The position numbers and the translations under genes were made by a program. DNA of 64,000 nucleotides from Candidatus Rariloculaceae bacterium. Its GTDB lineage: Bacteria; Pseudomonadota; Gammaproteobacteria; Steroidobacterales; Rariloculaceae. The stretch's first letter is position 1. Each line of letters begins with the position of its first letter. The stretch is taken from contig OZ241971.1 of NCBI GenBank assembly GCA_965204155.1, positions 2,560,100 through 2,624,099 on the forward strand, given 5' to 3'. The notes under the pieces are model-generated. The model ran no database searches, was not told where the DNA came from, and was given only the letters and a program-made list of their open reading frames with translations. Below are positions 27,835-36,075 of this stretch, in pieces.

Positions 27835-29414
27835 CAGTAGTCCCGATCCTCGAACTCCGACTTGCGCCGGTCGATGAAGGCGAGGAGTTCCTCGTGGATG
27901 GCGGGGTCGAGCTTCGGCGGCTCGTAGTCCTTCAACATCTGTTTCCAGATGCCGTTGGCGCGCTGGGCGGCGTCCAGCGAGCCGTCCTGCTGCCACTGTT
28001 CGAAGCTGTTGTTGTCCGCGACGGTGGAACGGTAGAAGGCGGTTTCGAAGTTCTCCAGGGTGTGCGCGGCGCCGAGAAAGTGCGAACCGGGTCCCACCTC
28101 GCGCAAAGCGTCCAGCGCCTGGGCGTTCTCCGACAGGTCGACGCCCCGCAAAAGCACCGCGATCATGTTCGCCTGGTCCACGTCCAGGATGAACTTCTCG
28201 TAGCCCATCGCCAGGCCTCCTTCCAGCCAGCCGGCGGTGTGCAGCATGAAGTTCACGCCGGCCATCGCCGCCGTCTGCAGCGTATTGGCGGACTCGTAGG
28301 CCGCCTGGGCGTCGGGAAGCTTCGCCGCGCAAAGCCCGCCGCCGCTGCGGAAGGGTACGCCCAGGCGCCGCGCCAATTGGCCCACGCCGTAGAGCACCAG
28401 GCTGGGCTCCGGGGTGCCGAAGGTCGGCGCCCCCGATTGCATGGATACGGCCGCGGCGAACGAACCGAACACCACCGGGGCGCCGGGGTGCACGAGCTGG
28501 ATATAGGCCATGCCGGCCAGCGCCTCGGCGAGGATCTGGGTCAGCGTGCCGGCCACGGTCACCGGCGACATCGCGCCTGCGAGCAGGAACGGCGAAATGA
28601 TCGTCGCCTGGTTGTTCTCGGCGTAGACCGTCGCCGCCCCCAGCATGGTGGCGTCGAAGGTGAGCGGCGAATTCACGTTGATGAGGCTGGTCAGTACCGT
28701 CTTGAGGGGCACGAAGTCTTCGCCGAACAGCAGCTTGACCATGGCGACGGTATCTTCGGCGCGCTCGGGATGGGTGACCGAACCCATGAACGGCTTGTCC
28801 GTGTACCTGATGTGGCTGTAGACCATGTCGAAGTGGCGCTTGTTGACGGGAAGATCGACGGGTTCGCAGACGGTGCCGCCGGAGTGGTGCAGCCCGGGGC
28901 TCATGTAGGTGAGCTTCACGAAGTTGCGGAAGTCCTCGATGGTCGCGTAGCGGCGCCCCCGGTCGAGGTCGTGCACGAACGGCGATCCATAGGCGGGCAC
29001 CAGCACGGTGCGGTCGCCGCCGATGATCGTGGAGCGCTTCGGATTGCGCGCGTGCTGCGTGTACTCGCGCGGCGCCGTGGCCTGCACCAGCGACCGGCAC
29101 AGTCCGCGCGGGAACCGCACGCGCTCCCCGTCCACGTCCGCCCCGGCCTCCTTCCAGAGCTTCAGCGCCCGCGGGAACCCGCGGAACTCGATGCCGATCT
29201 CCTCGAGCACGGTGTCCGCGTTGTGCTCGATCAGCTCCAGCGCTTCGGTATCGAGGATCTCGATGTGGGGGATCCGGCGATCGATCCAGGTGGTGAACTC
29301 GTCCACGATTCCGCGCCGGCGCAGGTCGTGCTTGTGCGCGCGGCCGGCCCGCAGCGGGCGGCCCGCGCGGGTCCGTCGGCCGGGGGCGCGCTTGCGTCGC
29401 AGATTGTCGGTCAT
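27834..29414 (-). CDS. MttB-superfamily methyltransferase, non-pyrrolysine (quaternary amine:corrinoid methyltransferase candidate), paralogue 1
   Basis: Starts at Met47 of the track ORF (MTDNLRRKRAPGRR…) with GGAGG 7 nt upstream. 526 aa, uninterrupted frame with no in-frame TAG. Arg-rich N-terminus is typical of proteobacterial MttB homologues. Confidence 0.85.
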   Translation of the reverse strand: MTDNLRRKRAPGRRTRAGRPLRAGRAHKHDLRRRGIVDEFTTWIDRRIPHIEILDTEALELIEHNADTVLEEIGIEFRGFPRALKLWKEAGADVDGERVRFPRGLCRSLVQATAPREYTQHARNPKRSTIIGGDRTVLVPAYGSPFVHDLDRGRRYATIEDFRNFVKLTYMSPGLHHSGGTVCEPVDLPVNKRHFDMVYSHIRYTDKPFMGSVTHPERAEDTVAMVKLLFGEDFVPLKTVLTSLINVNSPLTFDATMLGAATVYAENNQATIISPFLLAGAMSPVTVAGTLTQILAEALAGMAYIQLVHPGAPVVFGSFAAAVSMQSGAPTFGTPEPSLVLYGVGQLARRLGVPFRSGGGLCAAKLPDAQAAYESANTLQTAAMAGVNFMLHTAGWLEGGLAMGYEKFILDVDQANMIAVLLRGVDLSENAQALDALREVGPGSHFLGAAHTLENFETAFYRSTVADNNSFEQWQQDGSLDAAQRANGIWKQMLKDYEPPKLDPAIHEELLAFIDRRKSEFEDRDY

Positions 29415-29572
29415 GCGCGGCCTCCTGCTGCGGGATAACGGCTGAGCCCTGAAAGCGAAAGCCAGAGTTGTGCATTCGCAGTCTGAGCCAGAATCCCCAC
29501 TTCTGCATCGCCGGATGCGACATGGAGCCAATCGCAGGCGACATTGCGGCACCCGGGGCTATTGTTGGCGAC

Positions 29573-29693
29573 ACGCAACAGATTTTTGCGTGATTGCAGG
29601 AGCCAGGCGCCCGCTGTCCAAATTTGGCGCTCCGATGTCGCATATCTTTCATTGAACGTCGCATTCCGATGTTATTCTCGGAACGTCGGAATT
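29573..29693. promoter_or_regulatory. Repeat-rich part of the divergent mttB / TonB-receptor control region
   Basis: ACGCAA-N7-TTGCGT (~29573..29591); CCAAATTTGG (29618..29627); three GA[AT][CG]GTCG[CG]A-like repeats at 29634, 29654 and 29681; TTCCGA-N8-TCGGAA (29664..29683). Confidence 0.3.
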
Positions 29694-29722
29694 GGAGATC
29701 AAGTCACCAGCGGGGAGTCACA

Positions 29723-32320
29723 ATGCAAATTCCGTTGCAAGCAAAACGTACTGCAATATCTGCCGCCGTCGCGGCAGCGCTCGCCGGACCCACGGCCGTG
29801 GCGCAGGCACAGGAGGGTGCCCGGGAACTGGAAGAAGTCGTCGTAACCGCGACCCGCGTGGAGCTTTCGCTCCAGGATGTTCCCGTCGCCGTGTCCGCAC
29901 TGGGTCCGGGCGAAATCGGGGAACTCGGAATCACCAATTTCGCCGACTACTCGCTGCAGTTGCCGAGCGTGACCGCCGGCGGCAGCGGGCCGGGCCAAAA
30001 CACCATCTACATTCGCGGCGTCGCTTCGACAACGCCCAACCTGACGGTTGCCGGCGTCGCCGGACTCTCACCCAACGTCGCCTTTTACCTCGACGAGCAG
30101 CCGCTGGCACATCCGGGCCGCAACCTCGACGTGTACGCGGCGGATCTGGCGCGCATCGAAGTGCTTTCGGGTCCCCAGGGCACGTTGTTCGGGGCCAGTT
30201 CCCAGGCCGGCAATGTCCGCCTGATCACGAACAAGCCGGATCTTACCGAGTTTTACGGCAACGCGAAGCTCGGCGCGAACACGATCAGCGGCGGCGACGG
30301 AGGATCGAGCCTCGAGGTCGTGCTGAACGTACCCGTGAGCGACAACTTCGGCTTGCGCGGCGTCGTTTACAACGACAGCAAGGGCGGCTGGATCGACAAT
30401 GTCGCCGGCACGAGGGACGCCAGTGGAAGTGCGCGGTTCAGGCCCGAGGGTGCGGTTCGCAAAAACGGCGTGCCCGTCGCGGCGCACCGCGCCGGATTCA
30501 GCGCCGGAGCCGACCTCTCCGCGGTGAACTTCATTCAGGCCGACAACAGCGATATCGCCGACGAGAATATCAACGGAGTCACCTACACCGGTGCCCGGAT
30601 CTCGGCCCAGTGGGATTTCAGCGACAACTGGGAATTGCTCCTGGCGCACACGACCCAGGACACTGAAGCGGACGGCGTATTCTTCGCCGACCCGGACATC
30701 GGCGACCTGGAGATCATGCGCTTCGTGGACGAGCGCATCGATGATTCGATCGACAACACTGCCTGGACGCTCACCGGCCGGCTCAATGAGCTTCAGCTCA
30801 TCTACACCGGCGCGTTCACGGACCGGCAGTCGGATCAGATCGTCGACTACTCCGACTACCTGTTCGTGGGCCAGTACCTGCCGTACTACATCTGCGATTA
30901 TTACGCCGGATATTATGCCAAGCCAGGCGTTCCTGGAGTCGGCACGTGCCAGTCCCCGCTGATGTTCGTGGACAGCCTGAACGCGCTCGAGGTTCAGACC
31001 CACGAAATCCGCTTTACCACGGACCAGTCGAACCGCTGGCGTCTCCAGGGCGGTGTGTTCACCAGCGAACTGGAACTCATCGAGGTCAATGACTTCACCT
31101 ATCCCGGTTCCGTCGATGCCGTCATGTGGACCGGTGGGGTGGGATTCACGCCCAACTACCCCTGCACGAACCCGGCGGCGGCCGCGGGTAACCCCAGCGG
31201 ATCAGCCTTCTGTGGCGGCGGGGGGCAGGGCTATTTCACCTATCCGGGACCGTTCCCTGAGGACGTCATCTTCCGCAACGACATCAGGCGTACGGACAAT
31301 CAGGTCGGCGTGTTCGGCGAGTTGGGTATCGATCTGAGCGAGCAGTTCTCGTTGACACTCGGCGCCCGCAACTACGAGATCGAGGTCGATCTTGAGGGCA
31401 GCGCCAATTCGTCGTTCGGCAATGCTGCTGGCCCGGGCAGATCGGATGCGCAGCGATTCGGCACCAACATTTCGTATAAGTTCGCGCCAGACAATCCGAA
31501 TCCCGAGCCCGACAAGGCGGTGGCCGACGGCACGATTTTCAAGGCGACGCTGGACTGGCGGCCGCAGCCGGAACACCTCTACTACGTGACGCTTTCGGAG
31601 GGCTTCCGTCCCGGCCTGCTGAATCGCCCGGGCGGGAGTCCGAGCGCGGACGGCAGTGGCTTCACGGTGCCAAACGTGCTCGATACCGACGAAGTCGTCA
31701 ATCTCGAGTTGGGCATGAAGGCCGATTTCGGCAACGCCTTCCGATTGAACGCGGCGCTGTTCAACATCGATATCGCCAATCTGCAGACGACGATCTTCGA
31801 TACCAGTATCGTCAACCTGTTCTTTTCGGACAATGCGGCGGACGCCAAGGTGTCGGGCCTTGAGGCGGACTTCACCTGGCTGCCCGACTGGTCCGACGGG
31901 CTCACGATCGCCGGAGCGGTGTCGTTCCTCAACTCGGAGATCACGAACAAGCTCACACCGACCAACGACGTGCGCGTCGGGGACGAACTCGCGTTCGCGC
32001 CGAGCAACCAGGGCAACCTGCGGGCGCGGTACGAGTGGACCCTGCAGGCCAACGGATGGACGGCGCACGTCATGCCCATGATTTCCTGGTCCGCGGATTC
32101 GTACAGCGACATCATCACCATCAACCGCGACCTGATAAACGGCTGGACCATGCTCGGCCTGACGGCCGGCGTGGAAAATGACGACTGGTCGGTGACGTTC
32201 TACGCCAGCAACCTGACCGATGAACGGGCCGAAGTGTCGCGCTCCTTCGTATTCGACACCAAGCACGTCACTTACGCGCAACCCAGGACATTCGGCGTAC
32301 GCGCGAGCGTAAACTTCTGA
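29723..32320 (+). CDS. TonB-dependent outer-membrane receptor (865 aa)
   Basis: ATG with GGGGAG upstream; signal peptide; plug-domain start EEVVVTATR; C-terminal …RASVNF. Confidence 0.9.
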   Translation: MQIPLQAKRTAISAAVAAALAGPTAVAQAQEGARELEEVVVTATRVELSLQDVPVAVSALGPGEIGELGITNFADYSLQLPSVTAGGSGPGQNTIYIRGVASTTPNLTVAGVAGLSPNVAFYLDEQPLAHPGRNLDVYAADLARIEVLSGPQGTLFGASSQAGNVRLITNKPDLTEFYGNAKLGANTISGGDGGSSLEVVLNVPVSDNFGLRGVVYNDSKGGWIDNVAGTRDASGSARFRPEGAVRKNGVPVAAHRAGFSAGADLSAVNFIQADNSDIADENINGVTYTGARISAQWDFSDNWELLLAHTTQDTEADGVFFADPDIGDLEIMRFVDERIDDSIDNTAWTLTGRLNELQLIYTGAFTDRQSDQIVDYSDYLFVGQYLPYYICDYYAGYYAKPGVPGVGTCQSPLMFVDSLNALEVQTHEIRFTTDQSNRWRLQGGVFTSELELIEVNDFTYPGSVDAVMWTGGVGFTPNYPCTNPAAAAGNPSGSAFCGGGGQGYFTYPGPFPEDVIFRNDIRRTDNQVGVFGELGIDLSEQFSLTLGARNYEIEVDLEGSANSSFGNAAGPGRSDAQRFGTNISYKFAPDNPNPEPDKAVADGTIFKATLDWRPQPEHLYYVTLSEGFRPGLLNRPGGSPSADGSGFTVPNVLDTDEVVNLELGMKADFGNAFRLNAALFNIDIANLQTTIFDTSIVNLFFSDNAADAKVSGLEADFTWLPDWSDGLTIAGAVSFLNSEITNKLTPTNDVRVGDELAFAPSNQGNLRARYEWTLQANGWTAHVMPMISWSADSYSDIITINRDLINGWTMLGLTAGVENDDWSVTFYASNLTDERAEVSRSFVFDTKHVTYAQPRTFGVRASVNF

Positions 32321-32544
32321 CCGATCCGGCTGCGGCAACAGGAACAGGCGCGGCGTCCTCCCCGGAGGATGCTGTTGTCGCGTCCGGGCACACCGAAATT
32401 CGGGAGGACTCCGAGCCTGGCTCCGGGCACGGTGCCGCGCTGGCTTCAATCCAGGCCAGCATCGTCGCGAAACGATACGACGACGCGCTGACCGACCTCG
32501 AAGCCATCCTCAGCCGCGAACCGGACAACACCGACGCGCTTTAC

Positions 32545-34422
32545 ATGAGCGCTGTCTGCCGCCGCTATCGGCGCGAATACGACGCGGCGCTGGCGATCAT
32601 CGCCCGCCTGAAAGCCCTCACGCCCGAAAACGGCCGGGCGCACCAGGAGGAGGGCCATGCCTGCCGGGACGCGGGCAGGCCCGCCGAAGCGTTGCGGGCG
32701 TATGCAACGGCGTGCCGGCTCAACCCGGCGCTGGTGGCCAGTTGGCGGGCGCAGCTCCGGATCCTCAATCGCCAGGGGCGCTTTCGCGAGGCCGCCCAGG
32801 TCAAGGCGCAACTGGACTACCTGGAGCGGTTGCCGAAGCCCCTGGCCGCCGTCATGGATCTGACGAGCCAGGGCAAGCTGCTCAAGGCCGAGGACCTCTG
32901 CCGCCGGTTCCTGCAGAAGGTGCCGCACCACGTGGAGGCGATGCGGCTGCTGGCCGACATCGGCATCCGCTTCGGCGTACTGGCGGATGCGGAGTTTCTG
33001 CTGGAATCTGCCCACCAGTTCGACCCGAAGAACGTGCGGGTGCACATCGACTACATCCAGGCGCTCAGGAGACGCCAGAAGTTCGGCCCGGCCCTGGAAC
33101 AGGCGGAGCGGCTGCTCGATACTTCGCCCGACAATCCGCAGTTCCAGTCCATTTTTGCGGTCGAAAGCATGCAGGTCGGAGACTACGAAACGGCGCTTGG
33201 CATGTTCGGCAAAGTGCTGAAGCGAGTGCCCGGAGACCCGGCCACGCTGACGTCCATGGGCCACGCCTACAAGACCTGCGGCCAGTACGACGAAGCGGTC
33301 GAGGCCTACCACGCGGCGCTGACGAGCCAGCCGCTGCACGGCGATGCGTGGTACTCGTTGTCCAATCTCAAGGTCTACGAGTTCGACGAGGACGAGATCG
33401 AGCGCATGCAGGCGCACGCTCACGACGAAAACCTGTCCCATGCAGACCGCGTACACGTGAGCTTTGCCCTGGGCAAGGCCTGGGAAGACCGCAACGACTT
33501 CGAGACATCGTTCCGCTACTACGAGCAGGGCAACCGTTCGAAGAAGGCCCTGAGTACGTACGATGCGGACAAGATGACGGAAGAGTTGCATGACCAGCGC
33601 CGCGTGTGCACTGCCGGCATGCTTGCGCGGGGCGCCGGGGCAGGGCATCCGGCGGGCGACCCGATTTTCGTCGTCGGGCTGCCGCGGGCGGGTTCAACGC
33701 TGCTGGAGCAAATCCTTTCGTCCCATTCCATGGTCGACGGAACACTGGAACTGCCGAACATCCTCTCGCTGTCCCAGCAGTTGCGGCGCCGCGAACGCGA
33801 CGGTGGCGGGCCGGGCTATCCCGAGATTCTGGCAGCGTTGCCGGACGAGGAACTGGAGGCGTTCGGCCGACAGTACATCGACGATACGCGGATTCACCGC
33901 CAGGACGCGCCGTTCTTCATCGACAAGATGCCGAACAATTTCCGTCACATCGGACTCATTCACCTGATACTCCCCAACGCGAAGATCATCGACGCCCGGC
34001 GCCATCCCATGGCCTGCGGTTTCAGCGGCTACAAGCAACTGTTTGCCGAGGGGCAGGAATTCACCTATGACCTGGCGGACATGGGTCAGTATTACCGGGA
34101 CTACGTCGAACTGATGGATCACTGGGACGAGGTGCTCCCGGGCAAGGTGCTGCGTGTCCAATACGAGGACGTGGTGGGTGACCTGGAAACCCAGGTACGG
34201 CGGATCCTCGATCACTGCGGGCTCGAATTCGAACCCGGCTGCCTGAGTTTTCACCGCACCGAGCGGGCGGTGCGCACACCCAGCTCGGAGCAGGTGCGGC
34301 GGCCGATCTTCACGTCGGGACTGGACTACTGGCGCAACTACGAACCCTGGCTCGATCCTCTGAAGGAGGCGCTGGGCGAAGGCGTCCGGCAACGCTTCGG
34401 TATCGGACCGGACAAACCATGA
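32545..34422 (+). CDS. TPR-repeat sulfotransferase-family protein
   Basis: N-terminal TPR repeats. C-terminal sulfotransferase domain with PAPS-loop-like VVGLPRAGSTLLEQIL. The true start may lie upstream of 32545 (see findings). Confidence 0.78.
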   Translation: MSAVCRRYRREYDAALAIIARLKALTPENGRAHQEEGHACRDAGRPAEALRAYATACRLNPALVASWRAQLRILNRQGRFREAAQVKAQLDYLERLPKPLAAVMDLTSQGKLLKAEDLCRRFLQKVPHHVEAMRLLADIGIRFGVLADAEFLLESAHQFDPKNVRVHIDYIQALRRRQKFGPALEQAERLLDTSPDNPQFQSIFAVESMQVGDYETALGMFGKVLKRVPGDPATLTSMGHAYKTCGQYDEAVEAYHAALTSQPLHGDAWYSLSNLKVYEFDEDEIERMQAHAHDENLSHADRVHVSFALGKAWEDRNDFETSFRYYEQGNRSKKALSTYDADKMTEELHDQRRVCTAGMLARGAGAGHPAGDPIFVVGLPRAGSTLLEQILSSHSMVDGTLELPNILSLSQQLRRRERDGGGPGYPEILAALPDEELEAFGRQYIDDTRIHRQDAPFFIDKMPNNFRHIGLIHLILPNAKIIDARRHPMACGFSGYKQLFAEGQEFTYDLADMGQYYRDYVELMDHWDEVLPGKVLRVQYEDVVGDLETQVRRILDHCGLEFEPGCLSFHRTERAVRTPSSEQVRRPIFTSGLDYWRNYEPWLDPLKEALGEGVRQRFGIGPDKP

Positions 34423-34456
34423 GCAGTAACGCCCGGGATTCATTCGTGGAGCTGGC

Positions 34457-36040
34457 ATGAACGGCACCGACGGCACGCGCGCAGGATCGGCCCTCACTGA
34501 GCCGGATATTCCCGATATCGGCCACGAAATCGGCGAGCACAACATCCGGGTCTTCAATCTCGACATCCATAACCCGGTCTTCATCGTGTCCGCGGCGCTG
34601 GTGGTCATGCTGGTGATCGGCACGTTACTGTTCCCGCAGCAGGCGGCGACGTTTTTTGCCGATGTGAGGGTCTGGACGACCGCGACGTTCGACTGGTTTT
34701 TCTTCGCGGCCTCGGATTTCTTCGTCCTGTTCTGCTTCGGCGTGGCGCTGTCCCCGTTGGGCCGGATTCGTCTTGGCGGGCGGGACGCCGCGCCGCAATA
34801 CGGCTACTCGGCGTGGCTGGCCATGCTGTTTGCGGCCGGCGTGGGCATCGGTCTGATGTTCTTTGGCGTCCTGGAACCTGTGACCCACACCCTGGAGCCT
34901 CCGCTTGGTGTCGATCCTGCCGACACCGAGACCGCGCGCGCCGTGGGCATGTCGGCCGCCATCCTGCACTGGGGGTTGCACGCTTGGGCCATCTACGCGG
35001 TCGCCGGCCTGTCGCTGGCGTTCTTCTGCTTCAACCGGGGTATGCCGCTGACGCTGCGCTCCGGGTTCTTCCCGCTGATCGGCAAGTCCGTCTGGGGGCC
35101 CTTCGGTCACACGGTGGACATCGTGGCGGTGCTGGCGACCCTGTTCGGGCTGGCGGTGTCGCTGGGTTTCGGCGCCGAGCAGATCGCCGGTGGGCTTCAA
35201 TACCTGTTCGGGATTCCCGCGACCGCCGGCACCCGGGCCATCCTGATCATGGTCATCATCGCCATCGCGCTGGCGTCCGTCATCGCCGGGCTCGACAAGG
35301 GCGTCAAGCGCCTGAGCTGGATCAACATGGTGCTTGCGGGTCTGTTGTGGCTGTTCGTCCTGGTCGCGGGGCCCACGCTGGTGATTCTGGCGACGATCGC
35401 GAAAGCCGGCGTCGATTATGTCTACTACCTGCCCGGACTGAGCAACTGGATCGGCCGCGAGGACGTGGCCTTCGTGCGCGACTGGTCGACCTTCTACTGG
35501 GCCTGGTGGGTGGCCTGGGCGCCGTTCGTGGGCATGTTCATCGCGCGGATCAGTTTCGGGCGCACGGTGCGCGAGTTCATCACCTGGGTGCTGATCGTGC
35601 CGACGGTCATCGGCATCGTCTGGATGGCCACGTTCGGCGGGACCGCGCTGGACCAGTACTTTTCCGGCGGCTACACGGGAGTGGCGGACTCGGTGCCCGA
35701 ACTGGCCCTGTTCAGGATGCTGGAACTGCTGCCGATGACGGGACTGGTCTCCGCGGTCAGCGTGTTCCTGATCACGATCTTCTTTGTCACGTCGGCCGAT
35801 TCGGGCTCGCTGGTGATGGACACCATCACCGCCGGCGGCAAGATGGATGCACCGGTGCAGCAACGCGCCTTCTGGTGCCTGCTGGCCGGACTGGCGGCGA
35901 TGGCGCTGATGCTGGGCGGCGGCATGGCCTCCCTGCAGGCGCTGACCCTGACGGTGGGCCTGCCCTTCGCCGTGGTGCTGCTGTGCATGTGTGTGGGCCT
36001 CTACAAGGGGCTGCGCGAGGAACTGGCGATCCAGGACTGA
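34457..36040 (+). CDS. BCCT-family (betaine/carnitine/choline) transporter
   Basis: 527 aa, polytopic, with a Trp-rich conserved segment (FYWAWWVAWAPFVGMFIARIS) typical of BCCT carriers. Confidence 0.9.
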   Translation: MNGTDGTRAGSALTEPDIPDIGHEIGEHNIRVFNLDIHNPVFIVSAALVVMLVIGTLLFPQQAATFFADVRVWTTATFDWFFFAASDFFVLFCFGVALSPLGRIRLGGRDAAPQYGYSAWLAMLFAAGVGIGLMFFGVLEPVTHTLEPPLGVDPADTETARAVGMSAAILHWGLHAWAIYAVAGLSLAFFCFNRGMPLTLRSGFFPLIGKSVWGPFGHTVDIVAVLATLFGLAVSLGFGAEQIAGGLQYLFGIPATAGTRAILIMVIIAIALASVIAGLDKGVKRLSWINMVLAGLLWLFVLVAGPTLVILATIAKAGVDYVYYLPGLSNWIGREDVAFVRDWSTFYWAWWVAWAPFVGMFIARISFGRTVREFITWVLIVPTVIGIVWMATFGGTALDQYFSGGYTGVADSVPELALFRMLELLPMTGLVSAVSVFLITIFFVTSADSGSLVMDTITAGGKMDAPVQQRAFWCLLAGLAAMALMLGGGMASLQALTLTVGLPFAVVLLCMCVGLYKGLREELAIQD

Positions 36041-36075
36041 TGGAGTATCGGCGAAGGGGGTTCCGCGGCGGTTCG

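Noticed and set aside
27834-29414. Pyrrolysine (in-frame TAG) in either MttB homologue
   Set aside because: Both reading frames (27834..29414 and 36076..37617) are uninterrupted, so these are non-Pyl members. I also saw no pylBCDS-like genes in the window.
27109-29664. 851-aa ORF suggesting a fused corrinoid-protein/MttB polypeptide
   Set aside because: Only the last 241 codons (from MAMEHAAIL) look like a real corrinoid protein. The upstream part is an Arg/Pro-rich out-of-frame shadow of the MttB gene, which is read in a different frame (27834..29414).
29415-29722. Cobalamin riboswitch upstream of the TonB receptor, and the receptor being BtuB
   Set aside because: I could not recognise a B12-box-like core by eye, and the receptor (865 aa) is much larger than typical BtuB as I recall it. 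An Infernal/Rfam scan would be decisive, so this is not formally excluded.
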